Assembly: GCA_039621445.1 (NCBI GenBank)
Contig: CP154954.1
Span: forward strand, 48,959,847 to 49,023,846
Length of the DNA stretch: 64,000 bases
DNA from: Euglena gracilis
Lineage: Eukaryota
Direction: 5' to 3'
In this document: positions 26,919 to 39,637 of the stretch, piece after piece
Position numbering within the stretch: position 1 is the first letter of the stretch
How the letters are laid out: every line of letters begins with the position of its first letter
Made by a program: the position numbers and the translations under genes
Notes under the pieces: generated by a model
What the model saw: only the letters and a program-made list of their open reading frames with translations
Database searches by the model: none
What the model was told of the DNA's origin: nothing

Positions 26919-28393
26919 ATGATCTGCAAAGAAATTCAAACTGCCAAGAAGAACTCCAACGAACTTCCAAGAAAACAGCTGGGGAAGGTGGACACACAGC
27001 AGCAGCTGCAGAAGGTGATGAGGCGGCAGCAGCACGTCAGTCCGTGGCCATCGCAACCCCCCCACCCCCCAGCAATTCAGAGTTTTCAGGATCCCCCACT
27101 CAAAATGATGGCCATGGACCATGGACAGCAGTGGTCAGGAAGAGAAGACAGAGGGGGACTACCACCACAGGTCCAACAGACTCCACCCCTTTTTCCCAAT
27201 TCCTCCCCCTCCAGGGGAAAAAGCAAAGGCTATGGCAGCCTCTCTGGAGATATCAGAAATCCAAAGGATTCAAATCAAACTCAAGGCTATGGCAGCCATC
27301 ATTTAACAGGGCCTGGGGCCCAGAATCAAGGCTATGGCAGCCAGCATTCAAGAGGGCAGTGGGCCCAGTTGCAAGGCTATGGCAGCCTGTATCCCAACCT
27401 GGGAAGATCCCACTGGGGGAAGGTATGTCCAACTTACCCCACAACTCCCTCAATCAAAAAACCCTCAGGAGCTGCCCATCCAAGCAAGCAGCCCCCCCTT
27501 CAGGGGCAGGCCAATGGAGGCCATTATATCCAAGAGGCCAATGGAGGCCAGAGGGAAAATATCAAGGCCAATGGAGGCCATTTCAATCAAAATCAGGTGG
27601 CCATGGGAGGCCAATGCATTCAAGACCACAGCCCTTGGGGGGGAGGCCCAAGATTGGCTACACCAGGGCCCCCCCAGAAGATAATCAGTCCACACCCCCC
27701 AGCTGTATATGTACCTCCCCACTGCAGAAACAGACCTTCCCCCATGTTTCAAAAACAGGGGGAAAGCCTGTATTTGAGCAGCCCTATGGCAGGGCCAGAG
27801 GTGACCCCAGTGATGGGGCAGCCAGAGAGGACCCCAGTGATGGGGCAGCCAGGGGGAAGGACCCCAGTGATGGGGCCTGTGGAATCCCCAGACACATTAC
27901 ATCCAGGGGTGCCCCCTTACAAAGCCCTGCAGGCCAGTATCCCCCATTGGGAAAAGGCAGGTGCCAGCAGAGAGGTATTAAACCTGATAAGGGAAGGGGT
28001 CATGGCAGATCTTCCCCTCCCCCCTCTAATGTCCTTAAAAGTTCCCTTCAAAGCCCCCCAGGAAGTAATGACTGCCCAAAAAATTCTGAGAGAATACGAA
28101 TGTGCAGGGGCAACCAGGCAAATCCCCCCAGAGGAGGCAAAACATTTTGTCCCTTACTTCATAATTTCCAAAAAAGAAGGGGAAAAGACCAAGGAAAGAC
28201 TAATTTCAGATTGTCGACAGTTAAATCACTATTTCACCCCCCAGAAGTTCAGACTGGAACACATGGGAAACATTTTCCCATATCTCAGAAAGGGTTGGTT
28301 CTGTGGAAAAATAGATCTGAAAGATGCTTATTTCCATTTAAAGCTGCACAGCAGCCTGGAAAAGCATGTCTGCATGCAAGTGGGGGGGGAAAC
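26919..28393 (+). CDS. DIRS pol ORF, 5' part (low-complexity N-terminus plus RT N-terminal motifs), interrupted by the LTR element
   Basis: FVPYFIISKKEG..ERLISDCRQLN..FRLE..GKIDLKDAYFHLKL are RT motifs; the frame continues at 36995 after removing the insert and one GAAAC. Confidence 0.92.
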
Positions 28394-28803
28394 AGTGTAC
28401 GTCCCCTGACTCTATTCCCACTGCCTGTCGGCCTACTTACACCCTCCCGTGGGAACAGAACCAGGAGAGGAACAAAAAAGAAAATCTTTCACTTAACTAT
28501 TAGTTTTTATTGCCTTTGGGCTTATGCAGAGCACAAGGCAAACCAGAGGGTTTCTTTGGAAACTAGTTCCACAAGTGTTCTCCAATCGGAGTGTTGGAAT
28601 TGAAATTGCCTTTGATCAGGCTTTTGATGAGAAGAATAAAATAATACCACCTGTGAAAGGGAAGGCAGATCCGAGATAGGATAGGCTATTCCTAATTCTG
28701 CAATTTGTATTGCAGAACATGGAATAGTACTATCTGGCATGACATTGTACATTTCGCAGTCTGCTGCTATGCACAGTGCCATGTTCATGCTGCCTGGTAC
28801 ACA
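28394..28803 (-). repeat. 3' LTR
   Basis: Same sequence as 36580-36989 as far as can be read; minus-strand ends TGTGTAC...GTACACT; AATAAA on minus near 28506-28511. Confidence 0.95.
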
Positions 28804-28813
28804 TCCCCCTCCC
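28804..28813 (-). promoter_or_regulatory. Polypurine tract (GGGAGGGGGA)
   Basis: Immediately abuts the 3' LTR on the minus strand. Confidence 0.85.
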
Positions 28814-29346
28814 AGGGCTTTGCCCGATTTCCTTACTGGACCAGGCCAGCAAGGATTCAAGCGTAGCTCTAAGACTGAGGAATGTACACCAGGAAAGCAT
28901 ATCTTGGGTCTGCTTCTCCATCACAAGGTAAAAAACCAGAAAGGGAAGGAAGAAAGAGAGGGGAACCCAAAAACCCAAAACGCGCAAAAGAGGTTACCCG
29001 CTTATGCGGCTACCTACTTATTGCGGTAAAGGGGTGGAAGTGGAAGAGCCCATTGGAAAATTGGGCTGGAAGGTTTCCATTCCAGAGAGTCCCATCCGCC
29101 CGGTTTGGGGTGTGCCTATGGCACTTGTGGTGGTCTCATTCCATGATCGGAAAAGATTGTAGAGGTAGGGTGTGGAAGGAGGGGCACCTGGCCAGTCATA
29201 CCTGACCAGGGAAGAAAGCCTATTTACAAAACCAACTGCCGGCGACAGCGATTTTGCCCGGGGGGTGAAAGGGGAGAGGAGTGGGGGGCTGGTCTAAAGA
29301 CCTTACAAAGAATTTTTGCTGTCTGGCAGTCTTATGGGGGCCTTAA

Positions 29347-32300
29347 GGCCGAAAAGTAACAAGTTGGGAACTATTATTACGGTGTGCGCGCTGTACGCTG
29401 TGCGTCTTCTTACTGCGGCATATACCGCTTTGAAGTCTTCACAGTGCAACGCGAGCACGATGTTGTCGATGGGTTATCCCCAGAGGCGTATACCTCAGAA
29501 CAGCGGGCAGTAGCCCTAAAAACTGTAGATTTGGCATTTGTGCCTTGGGTGTGCAGCCTGTAGGCTGAAGGGTTGGCATTAACCAAAAATAATGGGGGGG
29601 TAGGTTTTATCGCCAAGAAACCTTGCCTTGCGGAATATGCATGGCACAAAAATACTACTGGGTGTATACCCGAATCAAAAACATTCGGCAGATTGCCAAA
29701 AAATCATAGTGAGGTGTACAAACGCAGAAAAAATGCGGAATTGTGGCAGGCTGCTGCCAAATGACAGAACAACTATGGTTGGTGTGGCTTATACCACTTT
29801 GAAAAACCGCAAATGAAATGTGAATGCACATAAAAGGATGGAACATTGTTCCAGTGCGGTGAAATTCATCACAAAAAGCTGGATTTCACCATTTTTGAGC
29901 TATGGTTCTTATAAACCTTGCAGAAAGACACCATTGGTGTTGCACATGATGACCATTGGGTCCTCCGAATTATATCGGTAAGGGGGTCCCACTGAATAAA
30001 GTGGGGGGGGTGGGGCAAGAATGCCGTTAGTGTGGTAAGCAGAAAAAAATACTGCAAATATGATAAAATCTCATCATTTGTGACTATGCCACTGAGAATT
30101 ACTGACTTTTGTCAGATTTTTAGGGAAATCCGTATCAGGATTTAGGGCAGAAATGCAGATTCTGCGTCGAGAGTTGCATTTTTGCAACCAAAAGTGCAAC
30201 TTTGTTGCATTTTGAGTCATTTAAGACTGCAAATTCGCCAAGTGCACATAGTGCTTGTTGAGAGTGTCCAATAACACTGCATGTTTGTTGTTTTTTACAG
30301 ATTTTGGGATTTGGGTGTCTAATAACACCACATCACCCAAAAAGCTGTAAAAATGTGCAAAAATATTGCAAAGAAGCAAAAATACGCTTCGCAAGCAAAA
30401 AAAACATGTCTATGACATCTTGAGCAAAGGAAAAATTGCCATTATCAGCATATCCCTTTGCATTCCACTCTGGCATAGTGCCTCATGATCACTCCCATTA
30501 GGGATATGAGTGCCAGAATAGGGAAAAATCACCAAAAATTGCAGAAAATCAATGATTTAAATGAAAATTTGCACACAAGCTCCTCCTAAAAATCCTCCTA
30601 AAAATGATTCTAGTGAGTCGAAATGACTCCAAATTGTGGGCTATAGCCCTCTGAACTGTACCAGGCCTAATAGCCCATACAGAGGGGGCAATGGGCAGAA
30701 TGCTGCCAAAGGTACTAAAAAATGGCCATTAGCCAATCTGGTAACCAATGGTAATTAGCCATCAGAAACGATGTAGGGTACAGTATAGAAGCCTTTCAGG
30801 CTGATTTGCCAGTCTGGTACACGATCGTACAAGATCTGGCTGAAATAATTGGGATTGGCCAAATTGGCTGGGCTTAATTCAAAATTTCACGTTCTCCTCA
30901 AATAAGAGTACCGTGTGGAGTTACAGCGATCTGATTGCACCGCCGGACGGCTCATCTAACGAGCTTTCGAATGAGGGGTAACATGGCCTATCGGCCAGCT
31001 ACAGGCGCTGAGATACGTCATTGATCTTTTGCCTGTGTGAGTGAGCTTTTGCTATAAGCTCCCATAATTTATTCTACAAAGACAACTTTTGGTTCCTATC
31101 TCATAGGCACTACTACATACAGTCAAAACCTCATGGCACGAGGTGCCAGAAATTTTGAAGCTTTTGTGGTGGTTTTGAGGCTATGCCAAACTTACACTTA
31201 TGCAAATCTGCATAAAACTAGCCTATTTGGCTTGTTTTGGCCAATTCAGCCACTTTCAGCTACATAATATGGCTTTTTGTGCCATTTTTTGAGGTCCTAT
31301 GGACTTTTCACTTTATAATATGGATTTGTGGACCTTTGGTCCTTTTGGTCCTTGCAATTTGTGCAAATTGGTCCTATGGACCCATGGACCACATGGGTAA
31401 TGGCCCATAGGCCTTGCACATCATAGGGTGTATTGGTCACATAGACCTAAGGCTAAGTGGTCAAGTCCACAAAAATGCATGTTTGAATGAATTTTCTTCA
31501 TTTTCTTTTTTTTGGGGGGGGCAACTATGTTGCACATAAAAGAAATGAAATTGTGAGCATTTTCCCATATCGGGATTGCATTTTGCCAAAGTATAAGCCA
31601 TTTAGGCACAAAACTGCTATTTAAGCACAAGTTGGATAAGTTTTCGGGAAAAATGCAGTATTTGCAATACATCCCAAAAACTTTATCACATGACTTGTGT
31701 TGCTCTATAGAGCTTTGGGAACACCAAAATATTTTTGGTGTGGGAGTGGATTGGGCAAAAAACCCTATTCACATAAAACTTCACTTCTTGTTTGCTGTCA
31801 TCAAACAAAATCTGCAATTTGATCATGTGGTACAGAAACAAACATCCATGAACAGAGTTGCGGATTTCCACACATATATCTTTGGGAATGATTCCCAAAA
31901 GAATATGGGTGGTTTGTGCGTATACCCATATGTCATAAATGCACGATAGTGCTCACACGACATTATGAGAAAGGGGGGGTTGCTAAGGTAGGTGGCGCAA
32001 TACGCGCGGGGTCTAGCGCGATACGCGCATGATATGGCGCGATACGCGCGCGGGGGTGGGGGGCAGTTGCCTCACTCCACAACATGTGCGTGGGGGGGGT
32101 AGGCTTGGAAGCGCGATATGCGCAGGATTCGCGCGACGCGCGGTGTGCGCAATTAGCGCTTGGGGGGGAATGTGAGCCATGCGCATCGGCATTGATGTGC
32201 GCTATGCGCTTCGGGGGGAATGTGCACATAGTGCTGAATTTGTCTTGCACTTGACAAAAATCGGTCAATGAATAAGCTCTCCGTTGGAGATAGAGTGTGG

Positions 32301-32570
32301 GGGGATTAGTTTTGATGTATATATTCACCTTTGTGTTTGGTTGGTGATTGTGTGGAAAGTTCTCCCAGAGTGCACACCATGGGGGGAAGGTGCGGAGTAG
32401 TTGTCCTTGTCGCGCATGTCGGTCTGTGGGGGTGAGTGTGTTGGAAAAATGAGTATGCAAATTTTGAAGCTGCTGGGGGTGTACAGGATTGTCTGAATCG
32501 ACAAACCTGTTGGAAAACGAAAAGTTGAAAGCAGCTGGGCGACTACTCGACACCGTTTAAACTTCAGGCC
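29347..32570. mobile_element. Possible nested non-autonomous DNA element (Kolobok-like ends) inside the LTR element
   Basis: TTAA|GGCCGAAAAGT ... ACTTCAGGCC|TTAG short imperfect TIR; AT-rich, ORF-poor interior. Weak evidence. Confidence 0.35.
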
Positions 32571-33048
32571 TTAGGGCTTTCGTCTTGGAACCCAGTGAAA
32601 CGAATGGGGGTTAAGCTACTTGTTACCCCTACCGCATGTGGAACGTTTGTGGATATGCGGTGGGTAGGGGGGGCACTTTCTCTTTACCCCGGGTTGAAAA
32701 CGGTGTTGGTGTTGTTGAAAACGGTGTTGCTGTCATCGAAAACGGTATGTAAAAGTGATGATTAGTGGCAGTTTGAGGGGGGGGGGAAGAATTTTGCGGT
32801 GTGTGCATTCTTGGAGCGGGAATCCACTCAACCACATGGACATTCATGGGCTATCCCATGATGCACCACAACCGGAAACACAAAAGTGTCTATATGTCAA
32901 AGGTTCGTGCAAATTTTGAGTGGGGACACCAGAAAATCCTTGCACACTGACCAGAAAGGATACTGGGCAGGGGATGACTAGGGTCGCGACTCCTGTCACC
33001 TCCTTTCTAGTAGCCTCTGTAGTCCGCATCCTTGGATTTTTGGTTCCT

Positions 33049-36000
33049 TCACTCAAAAACCGAACCGGTGGCCATATCAGCCGTTGACGTTCTTGACGCA
33101 TATACGTCTCTGAATTTATGAGCGCTAAAGCAGGGATGATCCCTTTGGTTACATGGCGTATCATCCCCCTCCCTGCCCGAAGCCGGGTGATAATCCTCGA
33201 TAGAGGTTGCTCTTTGAGCTACCTTATGCCTTTTGGCTGAAGTACGATCTTTTGAACTGCGAGTCATATCGCGATGGCTTGGGTGGGGAGGAGTCGCATA
33301 GCGACATTTGGGTGAGGGGTGGTTGGTTGATCCGCACAGTGAACATGTGGATCGTGATCGATATTTTGAATTTTGCGAATGCGCATTTTGTGAAAAACGA
33401 GAACTGCATGATGAGGCTGATCCTCTTGGGCTTGTGTTGCGCTTTCGCGCTGCGGGATTTGGACAATGGCAAGATATATGACCCTTTTTGTTACACAAAA
33501 AGCACAATTTGTCCGAAAATTCTTCTAAAGAGCGCGAATTGCGCGATTTGGATTCCGCCATGGCGGTATGTGATAAGCGTGACACTTTTTTCACATAACT
33601 GACTTGGATAGCAGGTATTCCTGTAGTGGTGTGGCTCGTATAAGCCAACTGAATTTGACCCAGAAGCTGTGATAGCTTCAGTTGTTTGGAAACATAGTTC
33701 CATCGCTCATCGAGCGTCAAAATATGTCCCGCGAGTTCCTCGCGGTGAATTTCTTTGATAATTTTGGGTATAAAGTGCAGTAATACTGCGTCAAATTGCT
33801 CTTTCATTTGGGTTTCGCCTAACTCGTCTACTTCGGCTGCCAAACAAAGCCATTTTGAGTACCATAGGTCTATCGACCTCCATTTTCGGTCATGGGGGGC
33901 ATATTGCCACCATTTTCTCTCCAGAGTGATTCTGGAAACCAAACTTGAACATGAAGAAGCATATTGCTCTACCAAATCCTGAAAAGAAATGCGCCCGCGT
34001 ATGACCAATTGTCTGGCGCGTTCCTTTTCGTCTTTTGGTAAACAATCTACGAATTCCATTTTGATCACCTCTGGGTTTCCGTTGTGGGTTGATCCTTTCA
34101 GATCCCAGAAGTACTCCCAGTCACGGAAAAATTGTTTCCATGTGGTGGGGTCACCGTCCCATTGGGGCTTCACCTTATTCGCGATTGCGATGGTGTTTGT
34201 GAAATCTTTCTGAGTGACCCGTGGCCCTTCGGTGGTATTCATTGCGGGTGGGCCCGGGCGCGAAATTGCACCACGTGTGGTTACACAGGTGGTTGTACCA
34301 AGTGTGTTGTTGGCGGAAATATGCGAGTGCGCATGGAATATACCACCAAGTGTACCATAGGTACCATGTACATTTGGGGTGTCGCGAATGCGCGAATGGT
34401 GATGCGAATGCGCATGGGGGGGTGACGTGTCACATGGTTGTACTGTTGGGGATTCCAAGCGTATTTGCGAGGAATGACCAGTAACTGGTGTGGGATTGTG
34501 GCTCATACCGCTAATTAGTTCGGACTGCCGAATCTCTTGACTTAAGAGGTGGGTTGGTCTGGTTCTCGATGGAGAACCTGACTCATCATCTGAAAACTTG
34601 TCCATTGGGACTGGTAACGCCACGGGGCACATTTCCACATGAGCGGAAATGTGGTTTGGTGGCAATGTGCCAGTAGGCTCTACAATGGTTGCGTGAATAG
34701 CACTTTTTGAGCTGAAAGATGTGGCAAGTGTGCCAACCGTACCCGAATGCGGGATTTGTTGTACATAATACAATTATGCGTGTACTTGGTCCAAATTGGT
34801 TGCCAATTCACGCACACTTTTCTCCAATTTGTCAACAACTTGCAAATTGTCGTAATTCCGACTCACATCATCCTGTAAACGCCTAATTCGCTTTCGGTAT
34901 GATGGTAACTCATCCAAAAGCAGAGTTTTGTCAGAGATCGACTGCAAATCATGTGCAATTGCACCAAACCCAGTGTCTAATTCTTGAAGTCGTACCGCTA
35001 AAGTGCGTATCGCACTGGAAATGGCCTCCAATTGTGGAGATGGTTGGTCCGAATGCGGACTTTTGACTATTTCAGCCTTTGGCTGTTCAATAAGACCGAA
35101 ACTTGCGCGGATAGCGCGGTAATGTCATTTTGCAGTTTTGTGACATCCTGCTTCACCGTTTTCTCGGTGTTCATGAGACTATCACAAAATCCTTGCATAA
35201 TTTCGTGATTTTCCGCGCGCAGTTCAGCGCAAAACTGCTCCAAGTGTAGGGATGTGAGTGTGGGTATGGGTGTGGTCGACGGCAATGCGTCTGGGGTTGG
35301 TGATTGCACCTGAAGCAATTTTGTGCTTAATTCTTGCATGCATATCTGCAAATCCGCTATCGCGGTTTGAATTCTGGTCACATCCCTTACTCCGGTCACT
35401 TCCGCATGGCGGGCATAAGCCTTAGCCAAAGCGGCTTCGATTTGTGCCATGTCACTTTGCCGCTGTTGTTGCAAATCCTCAAACCTACTCTCACTATTTG
35501 CGATTTGGGTGTGAAAACTTGCAACTTCAGCAGGAAATTCACCAGAATGACGAGATTTTTGCTCCAATCGAGAAATTCTCTCCTCCAATTGTTGCACATA
35601 AGTGCGGGAGGCAAAACTTTCATGTGCTTGGGCAGAAACTTGGGCAAAAGACGCGGAATCACCGCTCAATTGGAGAATGCGCTGTTGCGCTTTCTGGAAA
35701 TCAGTTGCAAGGTTGGAAAAATGCTGCAGTGTGATAAATTGTCCGATAGGACTTGGACATGGGAACACATGGGGAGGCGGGGAAAAATTTGGTATTTCTA
35801 ACCCAACCTCAACAAAAAGTGCATGTGGCGCAACCGCCTCAGAATCAAATGTGCCTATCGGCATTGGTGCGCTATCTCGCTGGGGGGTAAAACTGTCAGC
35901 CAATCGGCTTTCCACCAAAAGTGGTTGAGCCTGTTGGGCTATGGGCAGCTCGATAGAGCTGCTGGACACCGATAGGTGTGGGGGAGCCCATTGGGCGGGG

Positions 36001-36338
36001 GGGTGAGGCACCGTTAGGTTTGCACCCCGTTGGGTTTGGGAATGCTCGATAGAGCTGGACAATTGGGTGGGGGGGTGCTCAATAGAGCTGTTAATTTGGG
36101 TGGGGGGATGCTCAATGGAGCTGGGGATTTGGGTGGGGGGATGCTCAATAGAGCTGGGGATTTGTGTGGGGGGATGCTCAATAGAGCTGAGGACTTGTGT
36201 GGGGGGATGCTCAATAGAGCTGGGGGTATACCTTGATTGGAGCGTATACTCCTCTTGTGACAATTCATGTGAAGTGCTTCTCAAAGAACCAATCAATTCT
36301 TGGTAATCAATGAGTGTGTTGGTGCTTGAGCTCTGCAT
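33049..36338 (-). pseudogene. gag: Disrupted gag-like ORF (pieces 35067-36338, 34774-35031, 33049-34773)
   Basis: Coiled-coil N-terminal part; capsid-like WDGDPTTWKQFFRDWE; two knuckles CFLCNKKGHISCHC and CSLCGSTNHPSPKC. In-frame TAA at 34774-34776 and a frame change near 35040-35070. Confidence 0.8.
36040..36225 (-). repeat. 33-bp coding tandem repeat (SSIEHPPTQxx, about 6 copies) in the gag N-terminus
   Basis: Repeated gggggatgctcaatagagctg units. Confidence 0.9.
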
Positions 36339-36560
36339 ATTTTTATTTGCAGAAAAAACACAAGCAAACCCAAAAAGGTAAGCAAAGGAACAAACTTAGA
36401 AGGATATGGCAGCGTATACTGCCCAGAGCCTCCTGAAGCTTGTACCTGTGCTTAGAAGTTGGCTCCAAATAGCTCGTGGATGCTTTGTAGCCTATAGGCT
36501 CAGCACCACTCACTGTTTGAAGTCACCTGTTAAGACAGGGGAGAGAAGGGGCGTAGGAAA

Positions 36561-36579
36561 GAAACCTAATCTGCTACCA
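36561..36579 (-). promoter_or_regulatory. Primer-binding site, tRNA-iMet-like (TGGTAGCAGATTAGGTTTC)
   Basis: Directly follows the 5' LTR on minus; the plus strand GAAACCTAATCTGCTACCA resembles the 3' end of a eukaryotic initiator tRNA (..GAAACC....TCTGCTACCA). Confidence 0.8.
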
Positions 36580-36989
36580 AGTGTACGTCCCCTGACTCTA
36601 TTCCCACTGCCTGTCGGCCTACTTACACCCTCCCGTGGGAACAGAACCAGGAGAGGAACAAAAAAGAAAATCTTTCACTTAACTATTAGTTTTTATTGCC
36701 TTTGGGCTTATGCAGAGCACAAGGCAAACCAGAGGGTTTCTTTGGAAACTAGTTCCACAAGTGTTCTCCAATCGGAGTGTTGGAATTGAAATTGCCTTTG
36801 ATCAGGCTTTTGATGAGAAGAATAAAATAATACCACCTGTGAAAGGGAAGGCAGATCCGAGATAGGATAGGCTATTCCTAATTCTGCAATTTGTATTGCA
36901 GAACATGGAATAGTACTATCTGGCATGACATTGTACATTTCGCAGTCTGCTGCTATGCACAGTGCCATGTTCATGCTGCCTGGTACACA
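36580..36989 (-). repeat. 5' LTR
   Basis: Direct repeat of 28394-28803, followed by the PBS. Confidence 0.95.
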
Positions 36990-36994
36990 GAAAC

Positions 36995-38429
36995 GTGGCA
37001 ATTTCAAGCTGCATGCTTTGGGGTAAGCAGCCTGCCACAAAAGTTTATGACTCTCATGAGAGTCTGGGAAAGGAAATGGAGGAAGGAAGGAAAGGTAGTT
37101 TTCATCTACCTAGACGACATTTTGCTGTTAGCCCCCAGCAAAAAGACAGCAGCCCAGCATTTGGCAGAAATGAAAAAAGATCTTTTACTGGCAGGTTTCA
37201 GAATAAACCTCCCCAAATCATGTCTGGAACCAACACAAGAAATAAAGCATTTGGGCCAGTGGATCAATTTGAAAAAATGCCAGCTGGAAATTCCACAGGA
37301 GAAATTAAAATCCCTAAGAAAGGAATTAGGAAAGGTACTGACAGCACAAAAGATGAGCTGCAGAAAACTCAGCTCTATTGTAGGGCAAGTCAGAAGCTAT
37401 TTAGTTTCAATGCCTTTTCTCAGAATTCTGACAGATCAACTTTGCAAAATGGTGGATTTGCACACAAAGTGGGGTTGGGACCACACCCTGACCATTCCCC
37501 AGGGGGTCAAAGATCAAATTGTGGAGTTAAAAACGTTTTTGCAGCCAGGTGTGGGCAGAGCCTTTCAATCCCAGGCCTCTCAGGAACTGTTCTCAGACAG
37601 CAGCACCTGGCAATGGGGGGGGCTGGACAAAAAGTCTGGTCAAAAGGTCCAGGATTTCTGGAGGGACCTGCATGTCCTTCACATCAATCAAAAAGAATTG
37701 ATGTCTGCGGTGGAAACTGTAAAGGCTTTGGCAAAACCAAAACAAACCATTGTTCTTCATGTGGACAGCCAGGTGGCAGTCAGTTATTTGACAAAATGGG
37801 GAGGCAAAAAGCCATATTTAAATTCCATCCTAAAACCCCTTCTGTACCATTGCCAAGAAAGGCAAATCAACTTGCAGGTGGTTTGGGTTCCCACAAAAGA
37901 ACAATTGGCAGACTCCCTGACCAGGGAGCAAAAAGATCCAGGGGATTATACCCTGAATCTGACCATTTTTCACCAGATTCTGAAGTTTTTCAAAAACCAC
38001 ATCACCCCAGAGGTGGACATGTTTTGCACACCCAGCAACAAAAAATTCCCCAAGTTCATTTGTCGATACCCCCACCAAGGGGCTTTGTTGGTGGATGCTC
38101 TGAAGGCAGATTTAAGGGGTCTCCCCCCAGTTTATGCCAACCCTCCCTGGAGCATCATTCCCCAATGGATTCAGAGATTAATGTTAAAACCAGACCTAAT
38201 TTGTCTGTTGATTGTACCCCACTGGGCTTCGACATCATGGTGGCGCCAATTAATGTCAATCAGGCAGCCAGGCAGCAAGGTTTTGCTAGTACCCCCCCAG
38301 TGGGGTCTGTTCACCAACTGCTGGGGGGAGGAGATGCCCCCCCCAAGGTGGAATTTGGCCTGCTTGATTGTGTCAGGCAAATATTACAATCCCAGGAAGT
38401 TTCGATGTCCAGTATCGACACTTACATAA
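36995..38429 (+). CDS. DIRS pol ORF, 3' part: RT core, RNase H, N6-adenine methyltransferase-like domain
   Basis: WQFQAACFGVSSLP; YLDD at 37107-37118; RNase H FSDSS, HINQKEL, HVDSQVA, LADSLTR; MTase EVDMF...YANPPW (NPPW at 38139-38150). Confidence 0.93.
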
Positions 38430-39637
38430 AAAATCTGGGAAATGTCAAAAGATATGACTCAGCCTTCAGGGCATTGGTGGGTCAATTATTGCACAAAGGG
38501 GTGCCTCTGCAGCAGTGCACAGTCCCCAAGATAGCTGAAGCCATCCTTGATCTTGCTGTTCATAGCATCAATACTGCACGAAATGCATATGCAGCAGCCT
38601 TACTACTCCCAGGGTTTGGGTCTTTGAGATTTTCACCCCTTCTGGCTCCATTGAAAAGGAAGTAGAATGCCAATGTCTGCAAGTATGCCCACTTTTGGGA
38701 CCCCACTGATTTCCTAGAAAACATCATGAGGAATTCCACACCCCTCTCAGACCTATCTGTGAAAGAGCTCAGAAACAGACTCATCATCTGTTGGAGGCTT
38801 TTGGCCCTCCACAGGGGGGTTGATTTAGCCAGGACACAGCGAAAAATCAGTTTCGTGGGAGAAAAAATTTTCATTTTATTGCAAAGGAAAGGGTGGCAAT
38901 TCCCAAAATGGGAAGAGATTTTGAATTTGCCACACACCCCCCTCATAAGCCCATGGCATTTATTGAAAGAGTATGTGGAAAGGACAGCCCACATGGTTGG
39001 GCACAAAAATAATTTGTTGTGGTCTTTGGATGGTAAAAGACCTTTGACATCAGAAAGGGTGAATTCCCTAACCAAAGAAATTCTGCAGGAGGGGGGGGTG
39101 GACACCACCTACTGGAAACCCCACAGCACCAGAGGGGCTGGGGTCTTATGGTGGAAAAATGCTGGTTTGCAAGTGGAAGAAGTCCAGCAGCTGGGTCAGT
39201 GGAAAAATTTTGGTGCCTTCCAAGCTCATTATTTGAGGCTGGGAGTCGTGTCAAAAATTCAAAATATTATGGCCCAAAGGGGGGTGCACAGTACCTCACC
39301 ATCTCGCAGTGCGGAGCCCGAATGGTCTCGGACTCCCACGACACAGGAAGGGGGAGGAAGGGACCAAGAGGGCGAAGCACAAGAAGATGGTGAGCCCAAC
39401 CCTCCCACCCAAAAAATCAGCAGAAAAACATCCCAACCAGAAAAGGGACCCCCAACCAAGCAGCCCCAACCACCCACCCAGAAACACAGAAAGAGACCAC
39501 CATCCCCATCAGGGGGGGGGGGCCCACCAAGCGACCATGGGAGAGGGGGGGGGGGGGCGGGGCCACGGCGGTTCAGCTTCGCCAAGGTGTCGGAGGAGGC
39601 CTCATCATCGCCAACTCCGGCAACAAAGGCGCAGTAA
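38405..39637 (+). pseudogene. DIRS tyrosine recombinase with one in-frame TAG (38663-38665)
   Basis: Catalytic motifs LHRGVDL (R), KPHSTRG (HxxR), LGQW, FQAHY (Y); the upstream half in the same frame ends KRK* then continues NANVCKYAHFWD. Confidence 0.88.
39293..39394 (+). other. DIRS internal complementary region (ICR)
   Basis: First half is the reverse complement of 26554-26589; second half is the reverse complement of ~39700-39766. Confidence 0.93.

Larger units (their letters stand above)
28394..36989 (-). mobile_element. Non-autonomous (pol-less) LTR retrotransposon inserted antisense in the DIRS RT
   Basis: 410-bp direct repeats 28394-28803 and 36580-36989; 5-bp TSD GAAAC (28389-28393, 36990-36994); PBS and PPT on the minus strand; gag with CCHC knuckles. 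Confidence 0.95.

Noticed and set aside
26912-28603. 563-aa ORF as a genuine gene or gag
   Set aside because: It overlaps the RT frame, its last ~70 aa come from the inserted LTR, and it has no recognisable motif. The N-terminal part could be DIRS ORF1, but I cannot support that.
28394-36989. 410-bp direct repeat as a split direct repeat of a PAT/Ngaro element or an assembly duplication
   Set aside because: TSD, PBS, PPT and gag show an independent LTR element; the host element already has ITRs and an ICR.
36891-36994. Start of the 512-aa ORF as the real N-terminus
   Set aside because: These codons lie in the LTR; the true frame joins 28393 to 36995.
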